A stretch of DNA of 64,000 nt, taken from contig CAWAWS010000003.1 of the NCBI GenBank assembly GCA_963785725.1, positions 448,001 through 512,000 of the forward strand, written 5' to 3'. The stretch's first letter is position 1; each line of letters begins with the position of its first letter. Source of the DNA: an uncultured delta proteobacterium. Its GTDB lineage: Bacteria > Myxococcota_A > Polyangia > Palsa-1104. Shown here one piece after another: positions 49,101-57,629 of this stretch. A program made the translations under genes and the position numbers. The notes below the pieces were generated by a model. That model had not been told where the DNA came from, made no database searches, and worked only from the letters and a program-made list of their open reading frames with translations.

Positions 49101-49746
49101 AGCGCTCCACGTCTTCGGCGTAGCGACGGGCGACGAGCGCGCGCGCGCGCGGCCCGTAATATTGCGTGTAGTGACCGTGCTTGGTGCGGTTGAGGAACGG
49201 CAGCTCGATGGCGGGAAAGCCGGCGCGTTGGCAGATGTGCTGCCAGTCTTCGCTGACGCGCTCGATGCGTCCCAAGAAGTCGGGCAGCCAGCGGCCGGCA
49301 TCGTCGCGAAAGAAGCTGCACTGCGAGCGCAAGTGAACATCCAACAGCGCGTCTTCGCTGTGCGCGACCACTTCGACGAAGTCGTCGAACGTCATCTCGA
49401 GGCGAAAACGGCCGTCCTGCTGGAACCAGGGCGGCAGCGCGACCAGCCCTTTTTCACGATTGTCCGTGAAGGTGAACGCGTACGCCGACAAGAGCCGCGC
49501 CCACGGATTGCGCACGAAGCCGAAGCGAAAATGATCGGTGAGCGCATGGACGGCCATCTTGTCGAAGCCGGGAATCTCGGTCTTGAAGCGGTGCCGCGCC
49601 GGCCCGTCGCCGCGTTCGCTGATCGGGTGGCCGGCGAGCTTGGCCGCGACATAGGCGAGCGAGGTCGACGCCACCTTGGTCTGCGCGAGCAGCAGCGCGC
49701 GATACGGCGGAATGATCACGATGCCGTTGTAGGGCTGCATGCTCAT
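49084..49746 (-). CDS. Sulfotransferase family 2 protein
   Basis: TKVASTS, FVRNPWARLLSAY, HLRSQ, DFLGRIE, YAEDVERFNY. Confidence 0.85.
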   Translation of the reverse strand: MSMQPYNGIVIIPPYRALLLAQTKVASTSLAYVAAKLAGHPISERGDGPARHRFKTEIPGFDKMAVHALTDHFRFGFVRNPWARLLSAYAFTFTDNREKGLVALPPWFQQDGRFRLEMTFDDFVEVVAHSEDALLDVHLRSQCSFFRDDAGRWLPDFLGRIERVSEDWQHICQRAGFPAIELPFLNRTKHGHYTQYYGPRARALVARRYAEDVERFNYRF

Positions 49747-49910
49747 GGTCGCGCCCACGATTTCACGAAGACAACGCCCTCGCAAGCCGCGCCTCCGCTG
49801 ACGGCGCCCGCTCGGGCACGACACTTTTGCCGGCGTTGCCGAGTCGGTGTCGCATCGAACCGCTCAAGTCGTCACGGCTGGGGCCGATGGACTAGAAGAG
49901 GGGGCATATC

Positions 49911-51008
49911 GTGGCGGTCGTGTACGTCGTGGCTGACGAGCCCACAAACCGTGAGCTCGTCGGGGCGTGCCTGACTGGAGACGGCCATACGCTGGTCGAG
50001 TTTGCGCGGGGAGACGATGCCGTAGCGGCGTGCGACTCGCAGCCTCCCGATCTGGTGCTGCTGGACCTCGTGATGCCCGGCCTAGAGGGCATTGGGACGG
50101 TCGAGCGGCTCAAGCGGCGGCACGGCCCCTTCCTTCCCGTCATCGTGGTGTCGGCGCTCAACGACACCGAATCGCGACGACAGTCACTTCTGGCCGGCGC
50201 CGACGACTTTCTCCTCCAGCCGTTCGACGCGCCAGAGCTCATCATTCGCGTGCGCAATCAGCTGGCGCGGCGGCAGAGCTCGATCGAGCAGCTGGCGCTC
50301 AAAGCCGAGCTGCTCGAGCTGCGGCGCTTCCGCACCGCGATGGCGCAGACGATCGTGCACGATCTGAGGAATCCGTCCTGCGCCGTCTTGGCCAGCATCG
50401 ACTACGTCCTCGAGGAGTGGAGCACGCTCCCGGGAGAAGTCGTCGAGGCGCTGCAAGACGCACAGAAGGCCTCGCATCGCGTCGGCGAGCTCTTGAGCAA
50501 CTTGGCAGACATGACGCGCATCGAAGAGGGGCAGCTCCAGCTCGTGCGCAAGCAGGTGGCCTCCGACGATCTGCTGCGCGAGCTGGCGGCGCCGCGGGAG
50601 TGCGAGGCGCGCCGGCGAAAGATCGAAATTACGTATGGCGTCGCGTCCGGCGCCGAGCAGCTCGACATCGACCGCAGCCTGTTCATGCGCATGATCGAGA
50701 ACCTGCTCGACAACGCCATTCGCTACACGCCGCCCAAAGGCCGCATCTCGGTCAGCATCCGGCGCGCCGATTCGGGCATGCGAATCGAAGTGGGCAACAG
50801 CGGTGCGCCGGCGCCCGATTGCGTTCGCACCGTCGTGTTCGACAAGCTCGGCCAGACAGACGGCGACTCGGGACGCATGAACCTCGGGCTCGGACTCCAC
50901 TTTTCCCGGCGCGCCGTCGAAGCGCACGGCGGCCGCATCTGGGTCGAGGAGCGCCCCGAGCTCTCCACGGTCTTCTGCATCGACCTCCCCGACACCGCAC
51001 ATGCGTGA
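49911..51008 (+). CDS. Response regulator-histidine kinase hybrid
   Basis: REC (LLDLVMP), HDLRNP, NAIRY, GLGL. Confidence 0.88.
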   Translation: MAVVYVVADEPTNRELVGACLTGDGHTLVEFARGDDAVAACDSQPPDLVLLDLVMPGLEGIGTVERLKRRHGPFLPVIVVSALNDTESRRQSLLAGADDFLLQPFDAPELIIRVRNQLARRQSSIEQLALKAELLELRRFRTAMAQTIVHDLRNPSCAVLASIDYVLEEWSTLPGEVVEALQDAQKASHRVGELLSNLADMTRIEEGQLQLVRKQVASDDLLRELAAPRECEARRRKIEITYGVASGAEQLDIDRSLFMRMIENLLDNAIRYTPPKGRISVSIRRADSGMRIEVGNSGAPAPDCVRTVVFDKLGQTDGDSGRMNLGLGLHFSRRAVEAHGGRIWVEERPELSTVFCIDLPDTAHA

Positions 51009-52434
51009 GCCCACGCGGCGCGTGCTCATCGTCGACGACAATCGGGCCATCCACGCAGACTTCCGCGAGATGCTCGCCAGCTTCGAGACGCCGAACGCGC
51101 TCGACGAGCCGGAGAGGCCGAGGTCCGCGCCGGCAGGCGGCGACGTGACGGCGGATCCCTACGAGATCGACTCGGCCTTCCAAGGCGAAGAGGCGCTGGC
51201 GATGGTCCGTGCAGCCCTGGCCGCCGGTCGCCCCTATGCGGTCGCGTTCGTGGACATGAGCCTGCCGGCCGGTTGGGACGGCTTCGAGACCATCCGTCAC
51301 ATTCGCAGCGTCGACGCGTCGCTGCAGCTGGTTCTCTGCTCGGGTTTCTCCGGTCATTCATGGAGTGAGATCGCGCAGAGGCTCGATCGCTCGGACGGCC
51401 TCTTGATCCTCAAGAAGCCGTTCGACTACATCGAAGCGGTGCAGCTCGCCAGCACGCTGACGCGCAAGTGGACCTTGCACCGCGAGCTGCAGCAGCGAAT
51501 GGAATATCTCGAGGCGACGGTGCAGGGCCGCACGGCCGAGCTCGAGCGGTCCAATCGGGCGCTGCTTCAGACGATCTACGAACGGCAGCGCATCGAGGGC
51601 GAGCTGCGCCTGGCGCAAAAGCTGGAAGCGGTCGGCCGCCTCGCCTCGGGCATCGCTCACGAGATCAACTCGCCGGTGCAGTTCGCCAGCGACAGCATCG
51701 CCTTCGTCCGCGACGTCCTCGGCAACCTCTGGGGCCTGCACGATCGCTACCGCAAGCTGGTCCCCTTCTTGGCGACGCACACCGAGCTGCAGCCGCTGCT
51801 GGCGGAGCTGCTCGAAGCCGAGGAGCGCGCCGACGTCGACTACGCGAGTGAACAGGTGCCCAAGGCGATCGACCGCGCGCTGCTCGGCCTCGATCGTATC
51901 GCCACGCTGGTGCGGTCGCTCAAGCGCTTTGCCGAGCCCGACACGGGCGCGAAGGCGCCGGCCGATCTGAACGAGGCGATCGCCAGCACGCTGATCATCG
52001 CCCACAACGAATACAAATATGTCGCCGACCTCGACACCGACTACGGAGTGCTGCCGCCGGTCTCGTGCCACATTGGCGAGATCAATCAGGTGGTGTTGAG
52101 CGTCCTCATCAATGCCGCCCACGCGGTCGCCGACGTCGTCGACGGCAGCGACAGTCGCGGCCGCATCTCGTTGTCGACGCGCGCCGGCGCCGAGGACGTC
52201 GTCATCGCCGTCTCCGACACGGGCGCCGGTATCGCTCCTGCCATTCGCGACAAGATCTTCGATCCCTTCTTCAGCACCAAAGACGTGGGCCGGGGCAGCG
52301 GGCAGAGCCTGGCCATGGCGCGCGCGGTGGTCGTCGAGAAGCACGGCGGCAGCATCAGCTTCGAGACCGCGGAAGGGCGAGGCACCACGTTCTTCATCCG
52401 CCTGCCCATCCGTACCGCCACAGGCTCGGAATGA
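51001..52434 (+). CDS. Response regulator-histidine kinase hybrid (NtrB-like)
   Basis: REC, AHEINSP, DTGAG, PFFSTK, GSGQSL. Confidence 0.9.
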   Translation: MREPTRRVLIVDDNRAIHADFREMLASFETPNALDEPERPRSAPAGGDVTADPYEIDSAFQGEEALAMVRAALAAGRPYAVAFVDMSLPAGWDGFETIRHIRSVDASLQLVLCSGFSGHSWSEIAQRLDRSDGLLILKKPFDYIEAVQLASTLTRKWTLHRELQQRMEYLEATVQGRTAELERSNRALLQTIYERQRIEGELRLAQKLEAVGRLASGIAHEINSPVQFASDSIAFVRDVLGNLWGLHDRYRKLVPFLATHTELQPLLAELLEAEERADVDYASEQVPKAIDRALLGLDRIATLVRSLKRFAEPDTGAKAPADLNEAIASTLIIAHNEYKYVADLDTDYGVLPPVSCHIGEINQVVLSVLINAAHAVADVVDGSDSRGRISLSTRAGAEDVVIAVSDTGAGIAPAIRDKIFDPFFSTKDVGRGSGQSLAMARAVVVEKHGGSISFETAEGRGTTFFIRLPIRTATGSE

Positions 52435-53555
52435 AGCACATCCTCTTCGTCGACGACGATGAAAACGTGTTGGCCGGCCTGCGCAATCGGCTGCGTCCAC
52501 AGCGGGCGCGTTGGGAGCTGAAGTTCGTGCAGAGCGGCTACGAAGCGCTGGAGGAGCTCGAGCTGACGCCCTTCGACGTCGTCATCTCCGACATGCGCAT
52601 GCCGGGCATGGGCGGCCCCGAGCTACTGGCGCGGGTCAAGGAGCGCTATCCGGACGTCGCCCGCATCGTCTTGTCCGGCGAGGCCGATCGCGAGGCGGTC
52701 CTGCGCGCGCGGCCCATTGCACATCAGTTCCTGACCAAGCCTTGCGACGGCAACGTGCTGCGCTTGGTCATCGAGCGCGCGTGCGCGCTGCGCGCGATCC
52801 TGTGTGACGATGGGCTGCGTGGCCTCATCGGCCGGCTCGATCCGCTGCCGTCACCGCCGCCGCTGTATCGGGAGCTGGCGCAAGCGGCGCGGGCAGCGCA
52901 CGCCGACGGCGCCGAGCTGTGGCGCATGCTCGAGGCCGATGCCGGCCTGAGCGCGGCGGTGACCCGGCTGGCGAGCGATGCCGGGTTGGACAGCCCGCCG
53001 GCGCTCACGCCCGAGCTCCTGCAGTGCTTGACGCTGGCGGCGGCGCTGTTCGCGCTCACCGCAGGCAATCCGTCGCTGGTCGAGCTGCCCGCGCGTGCCG
53101 TTCGGGCGGCGCGGATCGCCCGCCGCCTGGTCGCCGATCGGCGCCAGGCCGACGGCGCCTTTGCGGCGGCGCTGTTGCGCGAGCTCGGCCAGATCATCCT
53201 GAGCCAGGCGCTGCCCGAGCGCGCCCGCCTGGTCGACCCGTTGTCCGTCGCGAGCGACGACGGCTCGCAGCAGCGCCAGCGCACGCAGTTGGACACGACC
53301 GTGACCGATCTGAGCGCGTACTGCGCGAGCCAGTGGAGCATCTCGCCGGCGGTGGTCGAGGCCGTGGCCTTCCTTCATCGTGCGGACCTGAGCGCGATCG
53401 CGGGCTCGGAGCTGCTGACCGCGGTGCAGGTGGCCGACGCGCTGGTGGCGACCTCCGATCCGGCGGCGCGCGACGCCATCCTGAGCGCACGTGCGGGAGA
53501 CGCCCTGTCACGCTGGAGCGAGATCGTGGCCGAGGAGCTGGGAACCAAGTCGTGA
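52431..53555 (+). CDS. Response regulator with HDOD domain
   Basis: MKHILFVDD...SDMRMP; LPSPP; AALLRELG; ATGA overlap with the upstream gene. Confidence 0.85.
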   Translation: MKHILFVDDDENVLAGLRNRLRPQRARWELKFVQSGYEALEELELTPFDVVISDMRMPGMGGPELLARVKERYPDVARIVLSGEADREAVLRARPIAHQFLTKPCDGNVLRLVIERACALRAILCDDGLRGLIGRLDPLPSPPPLYRELAQAARAAHADGAELWRMLEADAGLSAAVTRLASDAGLDSPPALTPELLQCLTLAAALFALTAGNPSLVELPARAVRAARIARRLVADRRQADGAFAAALLRELGQIILSQALPERARLVDPLSVASDDGSQQRQRTQLDTTVTDLSAYCASQWSISPAVVEAVAFLHRADLSAIAGSELLTAVQVADALVATSDPAARDAILSARAGDALSRWSEIVAEELGTKS

Positions 53556-54709
53556 GCCCGTCAGCGAGCCACAAACCGGCGCAGATCCTCTGCGTCGACG
53601 ACGATCGCAACGTCCTCGAAGGGCTGGCGCTGCACTTGCGCCGCCACTACGACCTCTTGACGGCGGAGAGCGGCGCCGCGGGTCTCGAGCTGTTGCGCAC
53701 GAACCCGTCGTGCGCCGTCGTCATTTCCGACATGCGCATGCCCAAGATGGACGGCGCCGCGTTCTTGGCGCGCGCCCACACCGTCGCGCCGGACGCGGTG
53801 CGCATGCTCTTGACCGGCCAGGCGGACCTCAATGCCGCCATCTCCGCCATCAACGAGGGGCGCATCTTCCGCCTGCTCACCAAGCCCAGCCCGCCGGAGC
53901 TCGTCCGCTCGGCCATCGAGGCGGCGATCGAGCAGCACCGGCTCATCACCGATCAAAAGGTGCTGCTGCAGCGCACGCTGCACGGCAGCATCGAGGCGCT
54001 GGCCAACGTCCTCGCCCTGACGAATCCGGTCTCATTCGGCCGCGCGACGCGGATCCGCCGGCTCGTGAGCGCGCTCGCCGAGAAAGTCGGGCTGGCGGAG
54101 CGCTGGGCGGTCGAGGTCGCCGCCACGCTGTCGCAGCTCGGCTATCTCACGCTGCCGATCGAGACCGCCGAGAACGTGCAGCGCGGGCGGGCGCTGTCGG
54201 AGCGCGAGCGCGCGATGGTCGAGGGTGTTCCCGACGTCACCGAGCAGCTGCTGGCGCATATCCCGCGACTGGAGATCGTGCGCAGCATCCTGGCGCTGGC
54301 CGGCAAGCCGCAGCGCTGGGGCCAAGCCGGCGACAGCAGCGAGCGCCAGATGATCGAGCGCAGCGCCCAGCTCTTGCGCATCGCCATCGAGTTCGACGTG
54401 CTCGAGACCAGCGGCGAGCCGCCGGCGACGGCGCTGGACGTGCTGCGTGGCCGCGGCACCCCCTACGATCCGGCGACGATCGCCGCGCTGGTGGCGCTGC
54501 ACGGCGCCGACGCGCCGCCGCACGAGCTGCGCGAGCTGCAAGTGGCGTCGCTGCGCATCGGCATGGTGCTGGCGGCCGACCTCTACTTCACCAACGGGCT
54601 GTTGCTGGTGGCGCGCGGCTACGAGGTCACGGCCGGCTTTCTCGCGCGCGTGGGCAACTATCCGTCCAAGACGGTCCGCGAGCCGGTACGCGTCGTCGTC
54701 TCGCGGTAG
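53552..54709 (+). CDS. Response regulator with a degenerate HD-GYP-like domain
   Basis: CVDD...SDMRMP; LSQLG in place of HDIG; YDP. Confidence 0.82.
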   Translation: MSPSASHKPAQILCVDDDRNVLEGLALHLRRHYDLLTAESGAAGLELLRTNPSCAVVISDMRMPKMDGAAFLARAHTVAPDAVRMLLTGQADLNAAISAINEGRIFRLLTKPSPPELVRSAIEAAIEQHRLITDQKVLLQRTLHGSIEALANVLALTNPVSFGRATRIRRLVSALAEKVGLAERWAVEVAATLSQLGYLTLPIETAENVQRGRALSERERAMVEGVPDVTEQLLAHIPRLEIVRSILALAGKPQRWGQAGDSSERQMIERSAQLLRIAIEFDVLETSGEPPATALDVLRGRGTPYDPATIAALVALHGADAPPHELRELQVASLRIGMVLAADLYFTNGLLLVARGYEVTAGFLARVGNYPSKTVREPVRVVVSR

Positions 54710-54789
54710 CCGCGCGACGAGCTGGAATCGATGTTGCCGTCGACACGATTGTCCCTCACGCCGGCGGCTCCGACGTCGATGGTACTAGC

Positions 54790-55206
54790 ATGAGAAGAGC
54801 CCGAGTCTTGATCGTCGACGACGAGCCGGTCGTATGCAACGGCATCGCGCGGCTGCTGCGCAGCCAGTTCGAGGTGGTCGTGGCCAACAGCGGCGAAGAG
54901 GCGCTCTTGCTCATCGAGGAAAAAGAGAGCTTCCACGTCATCATCTGCGACGTTCAGATGGCGCGCATCGACGGGCCGAGCTTTCGCGACTCGGTACGGC
55001 GCGTGGCGCCGCATCTGGCGGACCGCATCATCTTCTTGACCGGCTGCGAAGACGCGAAGCTGCGCGGGCGGATCGAGGATCACTTGGTGCTGTCGAAGCC
55101 CTTCGATTCGGGCGATCTCAAAGAGCTGGTCAATCGTGTGGCCACGGCGGCGAAAAAGGGCTATTTCCCACGTCGAAGCCGCACGCCGCCAACGAGCGTG
55201 CGGTAG
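54790..55206 (+). CDS. Single-domain response regulator
   Basis: LIVDDE, CDVQM, FLTG, KPF. Confidence 0.85.
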   Translation: MRRARVLIVDDEPVVCNGIARLLRSQFEVVVANSGEEALLLIEEKESFHVIICDVQMARIDGPSFRDSVRRVAPHLADRIIFLTGCEDAKLRGRIEDHLVLSKPFDSGDLKELVNRVATAAKKGYFPRRSRTPPTSVR

Positions 55207-55301
55207 CGCGGCTCGCGCCGGCAATCCTCAGGCTCGACGCCTGCCCGCCGCTCGACGGAGGCACGCGAAGCCACCCCGAGGCACGACCCCGAGCGCGGCC
55301 A

Positions 55302-57341
55302 TCATAGATAACGCTGTACGATGGCGCGCAGGTTGACCGAGTCGAACGGCTTCTCGATGTGCTCGAGCGCCGTCTGCGACAGGAACGCGCGCGCCGCCGC
55401 CGTGAAGGCGCCTCCGGTCAAGAAGATGGTCCGCGTCGCCTGCTCTGGAGCCACGCGCACGAGCTCGCGGTGAAAGTCCATCCCCGTCATCTCCGGCATC
55501 ATCAGGTCGCACAGAATGAGATCGAATCGCTCGCCGCCGGCGCAGCGCGCCAACGCCTCGCTCGCGACGACGGTCGCCACGACCTCGTGATCGCGGGCCA
55601 GGATGCGCGTCACACTGCGCAGCACCACCTCTTCATCGTCGACGATCAGAATACGCCCGCGACGGCCGGCGATCTCGGTCGGCTTGACCGGCGCCGCGTC
55701 GCTGTGGCACGTGCCCGCCACCGCGAGTGAAACCAAGAATGACGTGCCCTTGCCCTGCTCGCTCTGGACCGTCAGCTCGCCGCCGAGGTCGGTCACGATT
55801 CTCTGGCAAATGGCGAGGCCGAGCCCGGTGCCTTGCCCCACCGCCTTGGTGGTGAAGAACGGATCGAAGATCCGGCCGATGATCGCCGGTGAAATCCCCG
55901 GGCCGTTGTCGTTCACCTCGATGACGACGCGCTCGCCCTCGAGCCTGGTGATCACACGAATCTCGTTGTGCTCGGCCCGCCCCTCTTGCATCGCCTGGGC
56001 GGCGTTGACGACCAGGTTGAGGAACACCTGCCCCAGTCGGGCCTCGTTGGCAGCGACTGCGGGCACGCGGCCGTAGAGCTTGACCAGCCGCGCGCGATGA
56101 CGAATCTCATTCCAGGCCATGCGCAGCGACGACTCCATGATCGCCTGCACGTCGACCGGAGCCTTGATCTCTTCGGCTTCCGAGCGCGAAAAGATCTTCA
56201 AATCGCGGACGATGAAGCGCACTCGCGTGGCCGCCTCGCGGGCGTCATCGAGCGGCCCCTTGACCTCTTCGGCGAGCCAGGCCTCGTTGCGCCCCCGTCC
56301 ACTCCACGCCCCGTCGCCGCTGATCACGCGTGCCAGGCTCTCGGCGATGTAGTCGAGGTTGGCGATCACCGCGGCCAACGGATTGTTGATCTCGTGCGCG
56401 ACACCCGCGGCCAGCGTCCCAACCGAGGCCATGCGATCGCTGACCATCAGCTGCGCGTGCAGCTTCTTGCGCTCGGTGACGTCGCGGACCACACCGAGAT
56501 GCCCCGGCGGCCCACCGGCGCCGTCGAGCAGCTCGGTGCCGGCAATATTGACCGAGATCTCGGTCCCATTCTTGTGACGCAGCGACGCATCGATGGTGGC
56601 GAACGACGACTTGAGCTGTTGCTTCGCGTTGCCAATCGTCTCCGGGCTCATGAATCCAATGAGCCCCTGCGCAATCAGCTCCTCGGACGTATAACCCAGC
56701 ATCTCGCTCAGGCGCCGGTTGACGAAGACGATGTGGCCGGCGTCGTCGAGCTTGAAGATGCCGTCGCTGGTGGCCTCGACGATCTGCCGATACTGATCCT
56801 CGCTCTTGCGCAGCGCAACCTCGGCATCACGGGTGCCGCTCTTGTCGGTCAGCATGCCGAGCACGCCGGTGACCTTCCCATCGCCGTCGAGGATGGGGGT
56901 GGTCCTCACCAAGCCCCACAATATGGAGCCGTCGCCGCGCCGGATCTCGACCTCGCTCTCGTCCGAAAGTCCCTGACGCGCGCGCTCGATTCGCAGCTCC
57001 GATTTCGGCCTCGCCGATTCGGGCAGGAACTCGAACAGCCTGCGGCCGAGCATCTGCTGTCCCGAATAGCCCAACATCTCGGTCAGCCGGCGATTGACGA
57101 AGGTGAGCCGAGCATCGATATCGACGGTCCAGATTCCTTCGTTCGAGGTCTCGACGATGCCGCGATAGCGCGCCTCGCTCGCGCGCAGCGCGTCTTGGGC
57201 CTTGGCGACGAGGAGCGGCGTCTGGCTCTTGACGTCGAACACGGCGTCGACCTGTCCCGCCAGCAGCGCCTCGATGATGGCTTTGGCATCGGCGAGCTGC
57301 TGCTCCAAGTCGCGCTCGGCGGCGGGGATGGTCGCGCTCAC
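55302..57341 (-). CDS. PAS-PAS hybrid histidine kinase, downstream of kaiB
   Basis: Two PAS domains, AHEINNPL, PFFTTK..GQGTGLGL, C-terminal REC. Confidence 0.92.
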   Translation of the reverse strand: MSATIPAAERDLEQQLADAKAIIEALLAGQVDAVFDVKSQTPLLVAKAQDALRASEARYRGIVETSNEGIWTVDIDARLTFVNRRLTEMLGYSGQQMLGRRLFEFLPESARPKSELRIERARQGLSDESEVEIRRGDGSILWGLVRTTPILDGDGKVTGVLGMLTDKSGTRDAEVALRKSEDQYRQIVEATSDGIFKLDDAGHIVFVNRRLSEMLGYTSEELIAQGLIGFMSPETIGNAKQQLKSSFATIDASLRHKNGTEISVNIAGTELLDGAGGPPGHLGVVRDVTERKKLHAQLMVSDRMASVGTLAAGVAHEINNPLAAVIANLDYIAESLARVISGDGAWSGRGRNEAWLAEEVKGPLDDAREAATRVRFIVRDLKIFSRSEAEEIKAPVDVQAIMESSLRMAWNEIRHRARLVKLYGRVPAVAANEARLGQVFLNLVVNAAQAMQEGRAEHNEIRVITRLEGERVVIEVNDNGPGISPAIIGRIFDPFFTTKAVGQGTGLGLAICQRIVTDLGGELTVQSEQGKGTSFLVSLAVAGTCHSDAAPVKPTEIAGRRGRILIVDDEEVVLRSVTRILARDHEVVATVVASEALARCAGGERFDLILCDLMMPEMTGMDFHRELVRVAPEQATRTIFLTGGAFTAAARAFLSQTALEHIEKPFDSVNLRAIVQRYL

Positions 57342-57628
57342 TGAGCGACCAGCGTCATGAGCACCTGCTTGGCGTCGCTCAGGTTGCCGATGATCCGCTG
57401 CACCGGCAACGGGTTCAGTCTGATCAGCGTGGGAGTCACGACGATTCCGTCAGAGAGCGCACGGAGCGGCTGGTCCAGCAGATCGACCAGCTCGAGATCG
57501 TAGGCGGAGGCGAAGTGCTGCTCGCAGATCGCCCTCGCGTTCGCGACCGCGTGCAAGGAGTTCGGCGCATTGCCGGCGATGTAAAGGCGCAACGCCAGCC
57601 GCGCGCTCGGCGTGCTCACCGCTGCCAT
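57338..57628 (-). CDS. kaiB: Circadian clock KaiB family protein
   Basis: LRLYIAG..PNS..A..N...IC; VTPTLIRLNPLP..RIIGNLS. Confidence 0.9.
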   Translation of the reverse strand: MAAVSTPSARLALRLYIAGNAPNSLHAVANARAICEQHFASAYDLELVDLLDQPLRALSDGIVVTPTLIRLNPLPVQRIIGNLSDAKQVLMTLVAQ

Positions 57629-57629
57629 C

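Noticed and set aside
29185..49746. Ordinary O-antigen/EPS cluster
   Set aside because: No flippase, polymerase, priming GT or export genes; four RRE domains and protein-hydroxylase families point to a peptide substrate, although some GTs could still act on glycans
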